This document shows, one piece after another, positions 9,245-19,778 of a DNA stretch of 64,000 nt. This stretch comes from an uncultured Lachnospiraceae bacterium (lineage in GTDB: Bacteria > Bacillota > Clostridia > Lachnospirales > Lachnospiraceae): assembly GCA_946620035.1 (NCBI GenBank), contig CAMOMX010000001.1, positions 1,934 through 65,933 on the forward strand, read 5' to 3'. The notes beneath the pieces are model-generated. The model ran no database searches, was not told the DNA's origin, and saw only the letters and a program-made list of their open reading frames with translations. How positions within the stretch are numbered: position 1 is the first letter of the stretch; each line of letters begins with the position of its first letter. Both the position numbers and the translations under genes were made by a program.

Positions 9245-10945
9245 TCAGCCCGGCAGTTTGAAGGAGCTCTTAAGTCCGACAATTCTGTTAAAGACCGGCG
9301 CGCCCTCTTTGGAGTCGTGGCAGTCCACGCAGAAGTAGCCGTTTCTGACAAACTGGAATCTCTCGAAGGGCTTTACGTCCCGGAGCGCGGGCTCCGCGAA
9401 AGCGGCGCACTCCTTGAGGGAATCCGGATTGAGGTTCAAAGAGCCGTCCTCGTTGTAGACGCCCTTCTCCTCGTCGACAATATTCTCATAGAGCCTTACC
9501 TTGACCGGAACCGCTTCCCGGGCACTGACCCAGTGGATGGTTCCCTTGACCTTGCGGCCGGTAAAGCCGCTTCCGCTCCTGGTCTCCGGGTCATAGGTCG
9601 CGTGCACGGCTGTCACATTTCCGTTTTCATCCGTGTCATAGCCCACGCACTTTACAAAGTAAGCGTACATGAGTCTCACTTCATTTCCGGGGTAGAGCCT
9701 CTTGTACTTGGGGATGGGCGCTGTCAGGAAATCGTCTCTCTCGATCCAGAGCTCTCTTCCGAAGGGAATTTGTCTCTTTCCCAGATCCGGGTTTTCCAGA
9801 TTGTTGTCCGCATCCAGCATCTCAACCTGATCTTCCGGATAGTTATCGATGATCAGCTTGAGAGGATCGAGAACGGTGAGCATTCTGCTGCAGCTGGGCT
9901 TTAAATCTTCGCGGATGCAGTACTCCAGCATCGCGTAGTCCGAGGAGGACTGCGCCTTGGAAATGCCGCTCAGTTCCACGAATCTCTTGATGGAAGCCGG
10001 TGTGAAGCCTCTTCTGCGAAGGCCGGAAATACTGACCAGCCTGGGGTCATCCCAGCCGTCGACAATTCCCTGCTCCACGAGCTTCTTGATATATCTCTTT
10101 CCGGTGACCACATTGGTCAGGTACATCTTGGCAAATTCGATCTGCCTGGGGGGATGCGCAAATCCCGCCTCCCTGACGACCCAGTCATAGAGCGGACGGT
10201 GGTCCTCAAATTCCAGTGTGCACAGAGAATGGGTGATGCCCTCGATGGCGTCCTCAATGGGGTGCGCGTAATCGTACATGGGGTAGATGCACCACTTGTC
10301 TCCTGTGTTGTGATGGTGCATGTGGGCCACCCTGTAGAGGATGGGATCCCGCATGTTCATATTGGAACTTGCCATGTCGATCTTGGCACGGAGCGTCTTT
10401 TCGCCGTCCGCGAAAGCGCCCTCTCTCATCTTTGTGAAGAGCGCGAGGTTCTCCTCGATCGTCCTGTCCCTGTTGGGATCGTTGGTTCCGGGCTCCTCGA
10501 GGGTTCCGCGGTACTCTCTCATCTCTTCCGCCGTAAGGTCCGACACATACGCCTTTCCCTTTTTGATCAGCTCTACGGCGATCTCATACATCTGTTCAAA
10601 ATAGTCGGAGGCAAAAAAGAGACGGTCCTCGTAGTCGGCCCCCAGCCATGCGACGTCCTCTTTGATGGACTCTACGAATTCGCTCTTTTCCTTTGTGGGG
10701 TTTGTGTCATCAAAACGGAGATTGAATTTGCCGCCGTACTGTTTCGCCATGCCGTAGTTGAGAAGGATACTCTTGGCATGCCCGATGTGAAGATATCCGT
10801 TGGGCTCGGGGGGAAAGCGCGTATGTACTGTATCATAGACGCCCTCGGCGAGGTCCTTGTCAATTTCTTTTTCAATAAAGTGGCGGCTCACCTTTACTTC
10901 TTCCGAAGCAGATGAATCCTCTCTCCTCAGTTCTTCTTTATCCAT
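9245..10945 (-). CDS. glnS: Glutamine--tRNA ligase
   Basis: [45 protein letters not shown]. Confidence 0.95.
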   Translation of the reverse strand: MDKEELRREDSSASEEVKVSRHFIEKEIDKDLAEGVYDTVHTRFPPEPNGYLHIGHAKSILLNYGMAKQYGGKFNLRFDDTNPTKEKSEFVESIKEDVAWLGADYEDRLFFASDYFEQMYEIAVELIKKGKAYVSDLTAEEMREYRGTLEEPGTNDPNRDRTIEENLALFTKMREGAFADGEKTLRAKIDMASSNMNMRDPILYRVAHMHHHNTGDKWCIYPMYDYAHPIEDAIEGITHSLCTLEFEDHRPLYDWVVREAGFAHPPRQIEFAKMYLTNVVTGKRYIKKLVEQGIVDGWDDPRLVSISGLRRRGFTPASIKRFVELSGISKAQSSSDYAMLEYCIREDLKPSCSRMLTVLDPLKLIIDNYPEDQVEMLDADNNLENPDLGKRQIPFGRELWIERDDFLTAPIPKYKRLYPGNEVRLMYAYFVKCVGYDTDENGNVTAVHATYDPETRSGSGFTGRKVKGTIHWVSAREAVPVKVRLYENIVDEEKGVYNEDGSLNLNPDSLKECAAFAEPALRDVKPFERFQFVRNGYFCVDCHDSKEGAPVFNRIVGLKSSFKLPG

Positions 10946-10982
10946 ATATGCTCCTAATCACTCCAGTTCGTTTGTAATCCGT

Positions 10983-12440
10983 TCAGGCGTCTTCCATTGA
11001 GTAGTTCGGCGCTTCTTTTGTAATCTGAATATCATGAGGGTGGCTCTCCTTGAGGGATGCCGCCGTGATCTTTACAAATTTGCCCTTTTCCTGGAGCTCC
11101 TTGATCGTATGAGATCCGGTGAGACCCATTCCGCTCCTGATTCCGCCGCACATCTGGAAAATGACGTCCTCGACTTCGCCCTTGTAGGCCACGCGGCCCT
11201 CGACGCCTTCCGGAACGAGCTTTCGGGCGTTCTCCTGGAAGTATCTGTCCTTACTGCCGTTTTCCATAGCGGCAATGGAGCCCATTCCTCTGTAAACTTT
11301 GTATTTGCGGCCCTGGTAGAGCTCAGTCGCGCCCGGGCTCTCCTCGCAGCCTGCCAGCATGGATCCCATCATGCAGACATTGGCGCCTGCAGCCAGCGCT
11401 TTCGTCATATCACCGGAGAACTTGATTCCGCCGTCCGCGATGACGGGAATATCGTACTCCTTAGCCACTTCATAGGCTTCCATGACAGCGGAGATCTGCG
11501 GGACACCGATTCCCGTGACCACGCGGGTCGTGCAGATGGAGCCGGGACCGATTCCGACCTTTACCGCGTCCGCGCCGGCTTTGATCAGGTCGCGTGCGCC
11601 GTCCCCTGTGGCAATGTTTCCGCCGATAACAGGAAGATCCGGATATGCGTCCTTGATCATTCTCAGGCAGCGGAGCACGTTCTCGGAGTGGCCGTGGGAA
11701 GAATCGAGAACGATAATATCTACCTTGGATTTAATGAGCGCTTCCACTCTCTCAAGCACATTTGCCGTAATGCCGACTCCTGCGCCGCACAGAAGGCGTC
11801 CCTGCGGGTCCTTGGCCGCGCTGGGATACTTGATATTCTTTTCGATATCCTTGATCGTGATAAGGCCGACCAGATTATAGTCCGCGTCTACGATCGGAAG
11901 CTTCTCTTTCTTGGACTGCGCCAGGATCTTCTGCGCCTCTTCGAGCGTGATGCCCTCTCTTGCCGTCACAAGTCCCTCGGAAGTCATGGCCTCCCGGATC
12001 TTTTTGGAAAAATCCGTCTCAAACTTGAGGTCTCTGTTAGTGATGATTCCGACAAGCTTTCTTCCTTCCGTGATCGGAACTCCGGAAATCCGGAATCTGT
12101 GCATCAGGTTCTCCGCATCCTGAAGTGTATGCTCGGGAGACAGGGAGAAAGGATCGGTAATGACACCATTCTCCGAACGCTTTACCTTATCTACTTCCTC
12201 TGCCTGTGCCTGAATTGACATATTCTTGTGAATGATGCCGATGCCGCCCTGTCTGGCCATGGCAATTGCCATTCTGTGCTCTGTGACAGTATCCATGCTG
12301 GCACTCATCATAGGAATATTGAGACGTATGGTCTTTGTGAGATTTGTACTCAGGTCGACCTCGTTTGGGATTACCGTAGAATAGCCCGGAACAAGAAGTA
12401 CGTCATCAAATGTAATGCCCTCACCGATAATTTTCGCCAT
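10983..12440 (-). CDS. guaB: IMP dehydrogenase with CBS pair
   Basis: [38 protein letters not shown]. Confidence 0.97.
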   Translation of the reverse strand: MAKIIGEGITFDDVLLVPGYSTVIPNEVDLSTNLTKTIRLNIPMMSASMDTVTEHRMAIAMARQGGIGIIHKNMSIQAQAEEVDKVKRSENGVITDPFSLSPEHTLQDAENLMHRFRISGVPITEGRKLVGIITNRDLKFETDFSKKIREAMTSEGLVTAREGITLEEAQKILAQSKKEKLPIVDADYNLVGLITIKDIEKNIKYPSAAKDPQGRLLCGAGVGITANVLERVEALIKSKVDIIVLDSSHGHSENVLRCLRMIKDAYPDLPVIGGNIATGDGARDLIKAGADAVKVGIGPGSICTTRVVTGIGVPQISAVMEAYEVAKEYDIPVIADGGIKFSGDMTKALAAGANVCMMGSMLAGCEESPGATELYQGRKYKVYRGMGSIAAMENGSKDRYFQENARKLVPEGVEGRVAYKGEVEDVIFQMCGGIRSGMGLTGSHTIKELQEKGKFVKITAASLKESHPHDIQITKEAPNYSMEDA

Positions 12441-12475
12441 TTTCTCCTCCTGTGAATGAATCGTTTATTGTTTGA

Positions 12476-12994
12476 TCAGTCTCTGAAAACCTTTCTGGGA
12501 TAGTATGTGCGGAGGATCGAGAGGATCTCATCCCCGTATTCTCCGATCATATCAAGAATCAGTTTCGTTCCGTCTTCAAGCACAAGCTCATAGCGGAAGG
12601 CTTTGTTGTCATCGTCCCCGGAACTGTAGTCGATGACCTTGAGATCCTTTCCCTTCACCGCGTCGAGATGACGGGATCCCTGCGGCGCGAGTATTTCCGT
12701 CTTGGAAAGGTCATATACGCCAAGCTCTGTCCTCCGCTGCTTCTGCTGAATCTTAGCGACGCGAAGCTCCTTGTCGACATAGACATATTCATAGTCGACT
12801 ACGCTCTCAAGCCACGCGTAATAGAAGGCGACAGCACACAGAACGGCCGGAACGATCATTGCGAAATGGACAAGAAATGAAAGTAAACAAAAACACACTG
12901 CAAGTACGATCGCCCCATAGCGCATCAGCTTGATCAGTGTGTTCGGCTTCCTCTTCACAATCACTTCCAGACATCCTGTCTCCATCGGACGCAT
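12476..12994 (-). CDS. Conserved membrane protein (two TM helices plus soluble domain; DUF6106-like)
   Basis: Two hydrophobic segments followed by VDYEYVYVDKELRVAKI; SD AAAGGAGG. Confidence 0.7.
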   Translation of the reverse strand: MRPMETGCLEVIVKRKPNTLIKLMRYGAIVLAVCFCLLSFLVHFAMIVPAVLCAVAFYYAWLESVVDYEYVYVDKELRVAKIQQKQRRTELGVYDLSKTEILAPQGSRHLDAVKGKDLKVIDYSSGDDDNKAFRYELVLEDGTKLILDMIGEYGDEILSILRTYYPRKVFRD

Positions 12995-13125
12995 CCTCCT
13001 TTCAGGTCTCAGAGTATTTTTAATATATTATAACAGAACATTTAAGAATACAAGTCAAAAAACAAACAGTTTGTTTACGTCCGAAAATTTCAAAAAAGCG
13101 GGACATTCCCCGTTGTCAGGCCCAT

Positions 13126-13165
13126 AAAAAAGGGGTACATGAACATTTCTGTCATGTACCCTTTC
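13126..13165 (-). terminator. Terminator after aspartate kinase
   Basis: aaggggtacatga/tcatgtaccctt stem with a minus-strand U run. Confidence 0.75.
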
Positions 13166-13170
13166 AGGAC

Positions 13171-14523
13171 TCAGATCCTTGTCTTTACAAAAATATCGTA
13201 GATGGCGCGGACTGCCACTTCAAAATCATTGTTGTCGACGCCGATGATGATATTGAGCTCACTCGATCCCTGATCGATCATCCGGACATTGACCTGCGCG
13301 TGCGCCAGGGCGGAGAAGATTCTCCCCGCGGTTCCTCTCATGGATTTCATCCCTCTTCCGACAACCGCGATGAGTGCGAGATCCGATTCGATCTCCACAG
13401 AGTCGGGCTGTGCAAGTCTGTGGATGGCGGACACGACTCTCTGCTCCTTGTGCATAAACTCATCCTCATGCACAACGATCGTCATAGTGTCGATTCCGGA
13501 GGGCATATGCTCGAAAGAGATCCCGTTCTCTTCAAAGGCCTGCAGCACCTTCCGTCCGAAGCCGACCTCTGAGTTCATGAGCGCCTTGGAGATCAGAACC
13601 GTGCAGAATCCCTTCTTTCCGGCGATGCCGGTGATCACATATCCGGATTTCTGGCAGGTGCTCTCCACGATCCAGGTTCCGTCATCGTCAGGCTTGTTCG
13701 TGTTTTTGATATTGATCGGAATTCCCTCGTGCCGTACCGGGAAGATCGCGTCCTCGTGAAGCACGGAGGCGCCCATATAGGACAGCTCGCGAAGCTCCCT
13801 GTAGGTGATGGTCTCGATCCCGACCGGATTGTTGATGATCCTGGGATCCGCCACCATAAATCCGGAGACATCCGTCCAGTTTTCATACACGTCCGCGCGG
13901 CACGCTCTTGCGACGATCGAACCCGTTATGTCACTTCCGCCTCTTGAAAAGGTCTTTACCTGTCCGTCAAATCCCCTTCCGTAGAAGCCGGGAATGACCG
14001 CCTTCGGGTTCTCTTCGAGGCATTTGGAGAGAACCTCGTTTGTTTTTTCCGAATCGAGTACGCCGTGTTCGTCAAAGAAGATCACGTCCTTGGCGTCAAT
14101 AAACTTATAGCCCAGATAACGCGCCATGATCCGGCCGTTCAGATACTCTCCGCGGGATGCCGCGTAATTGCTGTCGGGATTTTGATGCATGCGCCTCTCG
14201 ATCTGGGCAAATTCACCCTCGAGGCTGAATCCCTCGAGTCCGAGCCCGTCTATGATCTCCTGGTATCTCTCCCTGATGATCTCAAGCTCGACTCCGAAAT
14301 CCTCATCTTTGGAAGCCTTGGAATGCATTCTGTAGAGAAGGTCCGTGACTTTGTCGTCACCGCTGAATCTCTTGCCGGGCGCTGAGGGGATCACGTAGAC
14401 TCTGGACGGATCCTCCCGGATGATCGCCCCTACTTTTTTAAACTGCTGCGCGTCGGCAAGTGAGCTTCCTCCGAATTTGACTACCTTTTTCATAACTGCT
14501 GACTCCGACGCACGCCGGAGCAT
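13171..14523 (-). CDS. Aspartate kinase (YclM/ThrD-like, with ACT domains)
   Basis: VVKFGGSSLAD, SAPGKR, TFSRGGSDITG, WTDVSG; start at 14523 or 14493. Confidence 0.95.
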   Translation of the reverse strand: MLRRASESAVMKKVVKFGGSSLADAQQFKKVGAIIREDPSRVYVIPSAPGKRFSGDDKVTDLLYRMHSKASKDEDFGVELEIIRERYQEIIDGLGLEGFSLEGEFAQIERRMHQNPDSNYAASRGEYLNGRIMARYLGYKFIDAKDVIFFDEHGVLDSEKTNEVLSKCLEENPKAVIPGFYGRGFDGQVKTFSRGGSDITGSIVARACRADVYENWTDVSGFMVADPRIINNPVGIETITYRELRELSYMGASVLHEDAIFPVRHEGIPINIKNTNKPDDDGTWIVESTCQKSGYVITGIAGKKGFCTVLISKALMNSEVGFGRKVLQAFEENGISFEHMPSGIDTMTIVVHEDEFMHKEQRVVSAIHRLAQPDSVEIESDLALIAVVGRGMKSMRGTAGRIFSALAHAQVNVRMIDQGSSELNIIIGVDNNDFEVAVRAIYDIFVKTRI

Positions 14524-14633
14524 ATCCTCCCTCTTGTCTCTTCTGTTCCGTCTCCTGTATCAGTGCGGCTCTCTGCCTCAAATGCACTGTTCAGGCATTT
14601 TCCGACTGCCTTTTATGTAATAGCAGAAAATGC

Positions 14634-15860
14634 TCAATCCTGCAAGAGACGAATGCACTGTTTTATGCTCTTAAGCTCGCCGCATTTGGAAGAAGCCTCC
14701 CTCTCTGTCATCATGGGGGTCACAAACGCGGTCTCTCCCTCGACGGGAACCTTCGCTTCGATGAGCGTGAGCTTTCCAAAGAGCTCCTCCGCCTTCTTTT
14801 CTTCCCCGCTGCCTACGCGGATGAAATAGCGGAAGGACTCCTCCATGGGATCGGAGAGCTTTAATACCTCATCATCCCAGCGGCAGGGGACATTTCTTCC
14901 GATGTTCCGCGCGCACTCCATGACGTCGGAGACTACCGCGCTGGCCGTCGGGAATTTGCCCGCGCCGCGTCCGTAGAACATGAGGTCGTCAACCATATTC
15001 CCGTGTACAAATACGCCGTTGAAGACATCCTGAACGCTGTGGAGCGGGTGATTGTCCCGGACCAGGAAAGGCGCCGTACGCACATAGAAACTCCCGTCCT
15101 CTCCTCTTATGCTGACGCCGAGAAGCTTGATCGCCATATTCATTTTGGCGGCATAGCGCATATCGGTCTCGGTAATGCGGGAGATGCCCTCGCAGGGAAT
15201 ATCCTCATAACGGACCGTCTTTCCGCTCATCAGGGAAGAAAGAATCGCGATTTTTCTGCACGCGTCATGTCCCTCTACATCCGCCTCCGGATTTCTTTCC
15301 GCGTAGCCGTTCTCCTGGGCCTCCTTAAGCGCCGTGTCAAAAGACAGACCGGCCTTTTCCATGCGGGTCATGATATAGTTGGTCGTCCCGTTCAGGATTC
15401 CGAAGATCGACGTGATATTTTCCTGTGTCAGGCAGGCGCGGATCGGCCGGATCAGAGGAATTCCTCCTCCGACGCTTGCTTCAAACATATAGCTGCAGCT
15501 ATGCTCCGCGGCGATTTTCAAAAGCTCGGGGCCATGCGCGGCGACGAGCTCCTTATTGGATGTACACACACTGATGCCGCGCTCAAGGGCCTTTTTGGAA
15601 AATGTAAAGGCAGGCTCCTTGCCGCCCATTGTCTCACAGATCACCGAAATCTCACTGTCATCGAGAATATCCTGAAACTCATGGGTCACCCTGTCTCTGT
15701 AAGGACTCTCCGGAAAATCGCGAAGGTCCAGGATATACTTGACAAAGATTCCCTCCGGAACAGATCTTCTGATCACTTCCTGGTTGCGGTCGATCAGTTC
15801 CACTACTCCGCTTCCGACTGTGCCGAATCCGAGAACTGCCATATTGATCATGTTATTCAT
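14634..15860 (-). CDS. hom: Homoserine dehydrogenase
   Basis: GFGTVG, EASVGGGIP, GILNGTTNYI, GRGAG. Confidence 0.95.
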   Translation of the reverse strand: MNNMINMAVLGFGTVGSGVVELIDRNQEVIRRSVPEGIFVKYILDLRDFPESPYRDRVTHEFQDILDDSEISVICETMGGKEPAFTFSKKALERGISVCTSNKELVAAHGPELLKIAAEHSCSYMFEASVGGGIPLIRPIRACLTQENITSIFGILNGTTNYIMTRMEKAGLSFDTALKEAQENGYAERNPEADVEGHDACRKIAILSSLMSGKTVRYEDIPCEGISRITETDMRYAAKMNMAIKLLGVSIRGEDGSFYVRTAPFLVRDNHPLHSVQDVFNGVFVHGNMVDDLMFYGRGAGKFPTASAVVSDVMECARNIGRNVPCRWDDEVLKLSDPMEESFRYFIRVGSGEEKKAEELFGKLTLIEAKVPVEGETAFVTPMMTEREASSKCGELKSIKQCIRLLQD

Positions 15861-16386
15861 CTCCTTTGTCTTTTATTGAAGACTCGCGGTGCGAGCCGAT
15901 GCGCTGCGTGCGGGAATCCTGTAAGTCGGTACCTGCCTTGTCCCTGCCCATGATCCTGACTTTTCGGACGCCCCCGGAATCGCCGATCTCCTTGACGATC
16001 GTGCTGATATCTCCCGTATTGTCCCGGATCTGGAGACTGATGGACAGATCCGCGACACCGCTTATGGGAATACTCTGATGAATCGTGAGAATGTTCGCCC
16101 CGCAGCCGGATATGACACCTAAAAGCCCTGCCAGAACGCCCGGTTCATCACTGATCTCACACGAGAGCGTCACGTTCATCCCTGCCGTGCTGTCATGAAA
16201 TTCTTCGATGTCGTCCTTAAACTTGTAATAGGAACTGCGGCTTATGCCCGCAAGCACCACCGCCTCGTTCACTGTCCTGCATTTTCCGGAGGCGAGAAGC
16301 TGATTCACCTTTACAACCCCTCTCAGGACTTCCGGAACTGCTCTCTTTCGAACAATATAATATTCCGCTTTGTCACTCAAGGTCAT
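15853..16386 (-). CDS. thrR: HTH-ACT regulator (ThrR/PheB, UPF0735) with C-terminal extension
   Basis: AVPEVL..GISRSSYYKFKD HTH plus ACT motif NILTIHQSIP; first gene before hom and aspartate kinase. Confidence 0.8.
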   Translation of the reverse strand: MTLSDKAEYYIVRKRAVPEVLRGVVKVNQLLASGKCRTVNEAVVLAGISRSSYYKFKDDIEEFHDSTAGMNVTLSCEISDEPGVLAGLLGVISGCGANILTIHQSIPISGVADLSISLQIRDNTGDISTIVKEIGDSGGVRKVRIMGRDKAGTDLQDSRTQRIGSHRESSIKDKGDE

Positions 16387-16469
16387 GATCCTCTACTGTA
16401 TTTTGGTTAATAACTTATCATTTTTCCATTAGCAAGCTGACGAAAAATATAGTATCACGCCCGTTTCTT

Positions 16470-18830
16470 TTATGCAAGGACATTTGTTTTTCTGTGGCGG
16501 ACGTTTTGCGGGATCCATAAAGCGCCAAGACCAATAGCCGTGATCACGGATACCGCGATAAAGAAGCCGAGCTTTTCGGGATAGTACTTCACCACGATCT
16601 CGTGCTCCCCTTCCGGGACCGGGATCGCGATGAGGCCTCCGTCCACCTTCTCGACCGGGACGCGCTCACCGTCGACGAAAGCGGTAAATCCGGGGTCGTA
16701 GGGGACAGAGAAGAAGACCAGGTTTTCACCCGGCAGGTCCGCCTTCGCCGTAAAGCCTTCCTGATCAAAGGAAAATTCCGTGCAGGCCGAGTCCTTCCTC
16801 TCGCTGCAGTATCTGGCAAAGTCCGAGCTGCTCATAGTCTGAGACCCGGCTGTCTTGTCCTCCTGCATATAGTGCCCGTATTTGCCGCACTGCTCCTCCG
16901 TCAGGATGATGTCCTTGACCAGAAGCCGGTCCGTCATCTCTCCCTTCCGCATCTTTTTGTAGACTTCATCCCGGATGAAGTAGTCATAGGTAAATCCCAT
17001 CGGAATGTAATTGCTGTTCTCCAGGATCCTGTATCCGTTATTGGGTATATTTTCGTCGTATCCCAGAAGTCCGCCCTTTTCTTCCACCGTCTCGGAGGGT
17101 TTGACCAGTGTATTTTCTATATAATAGCGGACCGAGAGAACAGCCCTCGCGCCGATCCTGTCAAGAGGGAGCGTGGACTCCACCGTGCGGATCATTCCGA
17201 TCTTCCGGTAGAAGCTGAAGATGGACGGGCTGACCGTGCTCTCGAAGCAGTGGATGGTGGGATAGCCCCAGACCATCTCGTAGTTTGTCGATGTTCCGTC
17301 CGTTTCCACGCGGTAAAAATCCGTCGAATCCGTGAGGAAAGGCCTTGTTTCCAGCATCTGGGTCCTCCACTTGACGCCTCCCGTCCTGGCGATCAGGGAG
17401 TTACCGTTGTAGAGAACGGCCATGTTTGTCAAAAGACAGCAAAATACGGTGGCCGCCAGCATGATCCGCGCTCTGTACTTTGCAAGGTTCGGGATTCCCG
17501 GAAGGATCATAAGAAGGAAGATCATAAGGATCAGCTGGATCGCCGTCGCCACGATCTCGATGATCAGAAGATCCATGTTGTCGCAAATGCTGAACCATTT
17601 GAGGGATCCGTCCTTCAAAGTCGGGATCGCGGCGCACATCATGATCAGGATGGTGATCACAGCGGTGATCTTCGCGCCTTTTTTGAGCTCTCTGTTTTTA
17701 TCCGTCTCCAGTGCGCGGGCCGTCATGGCCGCCATGATGAGGATCGGCATGTAGAGCCATCTGGCATAGAAGTTTGAGTTGAACGCGCTGAAGACCGAGT
17801 TGAATACGGGAACAAGGAGTATGACCGCACAGACCGCGCACAGTTTCTTTTTCCAGTTTTTCTTAAAGATCTTAAAGTAAGCGATCACGCCGGCCATGGA
17901 AAAGCAGGGGAGATAGACGGCAAGCGAGCTGTTCTTTACCTGCTCTCCCGAAAAGAGGGTCGGTTTGGCGATGATATCGGGGACGACAAAGAGGGCCTTG
18001 AGCATCGCCAGCGGTGTGATCCCCTCCGAATAGGCCAAAACTCCGTAGCCGTTTATATAATTGTCCAGCCGGCTGTTTCCGCTCACCCCGGAAATCGACT
18101 GCACCAGGAAGAAGGAGGCCAGAAGAAGGCCTGCGGCGCCGTTCACGAGAAGATACAGGATCTCTTTCGGAACGGTCCTCTTCTCTCTCGCCGGAAAGTA
18201 GCGGACAAAATAGTAGAGAATGATAAAGACCACCTGTCCGAAGAAAAAATAGTAATTGACGATCGACATCAGGGCGGTCATCAGAGTAAAGCCCATGCTC
18301 TTTCGCTTTTGTACCGCTTCATCAAAGGCGAGCAGGTAGAGCGGAAAGAAGGCGGTGGCATCGTGAAAATGCTGGAAAACGATATTGCAGGCCTGAAAGC
18401 CGGAAAATGTATAGAGAAAGCTTCCGACCGCTGCCCATAAGCCGCTCCGGACCTGTCTTCTGATCCAGGCGTAAGATGTGACCATAGCCGTTCCGTATCG
18501 AAGGGACATGACAAACGGAAGAAGGTAGGGAACCCACTTCTCCGGAAACGGGATCGTCAGCCAGAAAAAGGGGCTTCCCCACAGATAGAAGGACATGCTG
18601 CCTCCCATGCTGCTTCCCAGGTCTATGTAGGGATTCCAGAAAAAGTAACCGTTTCGTACCGCTCTGTGAGCCAGGATGTAAAACGGCACCTGCTGTACAT
18701 TGTAATCCCCGTAGTAGAAGAAGATCCCGCCGTGATAAATCAAAAAGGGAAGGACCGCCGCGATATACAGCAGCGCTCCTCCCATAAACAACAATATAAA
18801 TTTTCCTGCAGCCGATTTCTTTTTTGTCAA
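16470..18830 (-). CDS. YfhO-family polytopic membrane protein (GT-C glycosyltransferase-like)
   Basis: GDYNVQQVPFY, FYLWGSPF, many TM helices, C-terminal FSVPYDPGF..VPEGEHEIVVKY. Confidence 0.8.
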   Translation of the reverse strand: MTKKKSAAGKFILLFMGGALLYIAAVLPFLIYHGGIFFYYGDYNVQQVPFYILAHRAVRNGYFFWNPYIDLGSSMGGSMSFYLWGSPFFWLTIPFPEKWVPYLLPFVMSLRYGTAMVTSYAWIRRQVRSGLWAAVGSFLYTFSGFQACNIVFQHFHDATAFFPLYLLAFDEAVQKRKSMGFTLMTALMSIVNYYFFFGQVVFIILYYFVRYFPAREKRTVPKEILYLLVNGAAGLLLASFFLVQSISGVSGNSRLDNYINGYGVLAYSEGITPLAMLKALFVVPDIIAKPTLFSGEQVKNSSLAVYLPCFSMAGVIAYFKIFKKNWKKKLCAVCAVILLVPVFNSVFSAFNSNFYARWLYMPILIMAAMTARALETDKNRELKKGAKITAVITILIMMCAAIPTLKDGSLKWFSICDNMDLLIIEIVATAIQLILMIFLLMILPGIPNLAKYRARIMLAATVFCCLLTNMAVLYNGNSLIARTGGVKWRTQMLETRPFLTDSTDFYRVETDGTSTNYEMVWGYPTIHCFESTVSPSIFSFYRKIGMIRTVESTLPLDRIGARAVLSVRYYIENTLVKPSETVEEKGGLLGYDENIPNNGYRILENSNYIPMGFTYDYFIRDEVYKKMRKGEMTDRLLVKDIILTEEQCGKYGHYMQEDKTAGSQTMSSSDFARYCSERKDSACTEFSFDQEGFTAKADLPGENLVFFSVPYDPGFTAFVDGERVPVEKVDGGLIAIPVPEGEHEIVVKYYPEKLGFFIAVSVITAIGLGALWIPQNVRHRKTNVLA

Positions 18831-18887
18831 AACAGTTTCCTCTGGATCCGTCTTAATGCCTGAATGCTGTGGCAGATCAGTGCATGA

Positions 18888-19226
18888 TCAGGCGTCTTTT
18901 CCGCCGTTTTTGCGGTTCTCTGCCTCAATAAAATCCCTCATGCTTTCCATTCTTGCAAAGACCACCGCATAGCCGTCGTCGCCGTAATTCAGAGAGCGGT
19001 TCACGCGGCTGATCGTGGCCGTAGACGCGCCTGTCTTTTCCGCGATCTTCAGATAAGTATCATGTTTCCGAAGCATCGTCGCAACTTCAAATCTCTGGGA
19101 AAGCGACAGCAGTTCATTGACCGTGCACAGATCTTCAAAAAAACTGTAGCACTCTTCTTTTGTCTCCAATGTAAGTATAGCTTCAAACAAGCTGTCAACA
19201 GCCTCTGTCCTCAACTTTTTGTTCAT
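18888..19226 (-). CDS. yerC: TrpR-like YerC/YecD (HisR) repressor
   Basis: FFEDLCTVNELLSLSQRFEVA..TGASTATISRVNRSL. Confidence 0.9.
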   Translation of the reverse strand: MNKKLRTEAVDSLFEAILTLETKEECYSFFEDLCTVNELLSLSQRFEVATMLRKHDTYLKIAEKTGASTATISRVNRSLNYGDDGYAVVFARMESMRDFIEAENRKNGGKDA

Positions 19227-19266
19227 TCCCCTCACTCCTTGTATAAGTAGTCATAACCCGTATCAA

Positions 19267-19296
19267 TATTTTAGCATTGTAAAGTTTTAAAGTAAA
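19267..19296. promoter_or_regulatory. Putative YerC/HisR operator
   Basis: TTTA-GCATTG-TAAAGT followed by a second TAAAGT half-site, upstream of yerC. Confidence 0.5.
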
Positions 19297-19471
19297 GCTT
19301 TTTACCATCTAATTGACACTATGTTCGCCTTTCATCGGTTTTCCGTTTATTCATTTTTACTCTTTACTTTTACCTTTGACTGTGATATTTTGATAATGTT
19401 GCACAAAATGTTTGAATTTTCACAATCTTGCGGCAATCAGCTTTTATACAGCAGAGTTTGGAGGTAACATC

Positions 19472-19672
19472 ATGAACAAAGGCGTAGTAAGACGATTCAA
19501 CAACCAGCGTGGCTTTGGTTTCATCAGTGATTCCGAGGGAAACGACGTTTTCGTTCACTACTCGGGAATCAACGGTGAAGGTTTTAAGTCTCTTGAAGAA
19601 GGCCAGGAAGTCGAATTCGATATCATTCAGGGCGAAAAGGGACCGCAGGCTGTCAACGTCACGAAGCTCTAA
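19472..19672 (+). CDS. Cold-shock protein (CspA family)
   Basis: RGFGFI and VFVHYS RNP motifs; 66 aa; SD GGAGG. Confidence 0.95.
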   Translation: MNKGVVRRFNNQRGFGFISDSEGNDVFVHYSGINGEGFKSLEEGQEVEFDIIQGEKGPQAVNVTKL

Positions 19673-19720
19673 GAACTCTTCTCTTCTATGTAAGTTCAAG
19701 TGACGATAGAAAGGGGATGG

Positions 19721-19776
19721 AAAAGCCCGGACAACAGGCATCGTTAAGATGTCTGCTGTCCGGGCTTTTTTGTTTT
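19721..19776. terminator. Bidirectional terminator between csp and hisA
   Basis: aaaagcccggaca..tgtccgggcttttt. Confidence 0.8.
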
Positions 19777-19778
19777 CT

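Noticed and set aside
9245-10945. GlnRS in a Firmicute as a novelty
   Set aside because: Common in Clostridia
14524-14633. Lysine riboswitch before aspartate kinase (also before dapA, 22257-22355)
   Set aside because: Intergenic regions too short and lacking the conserved core
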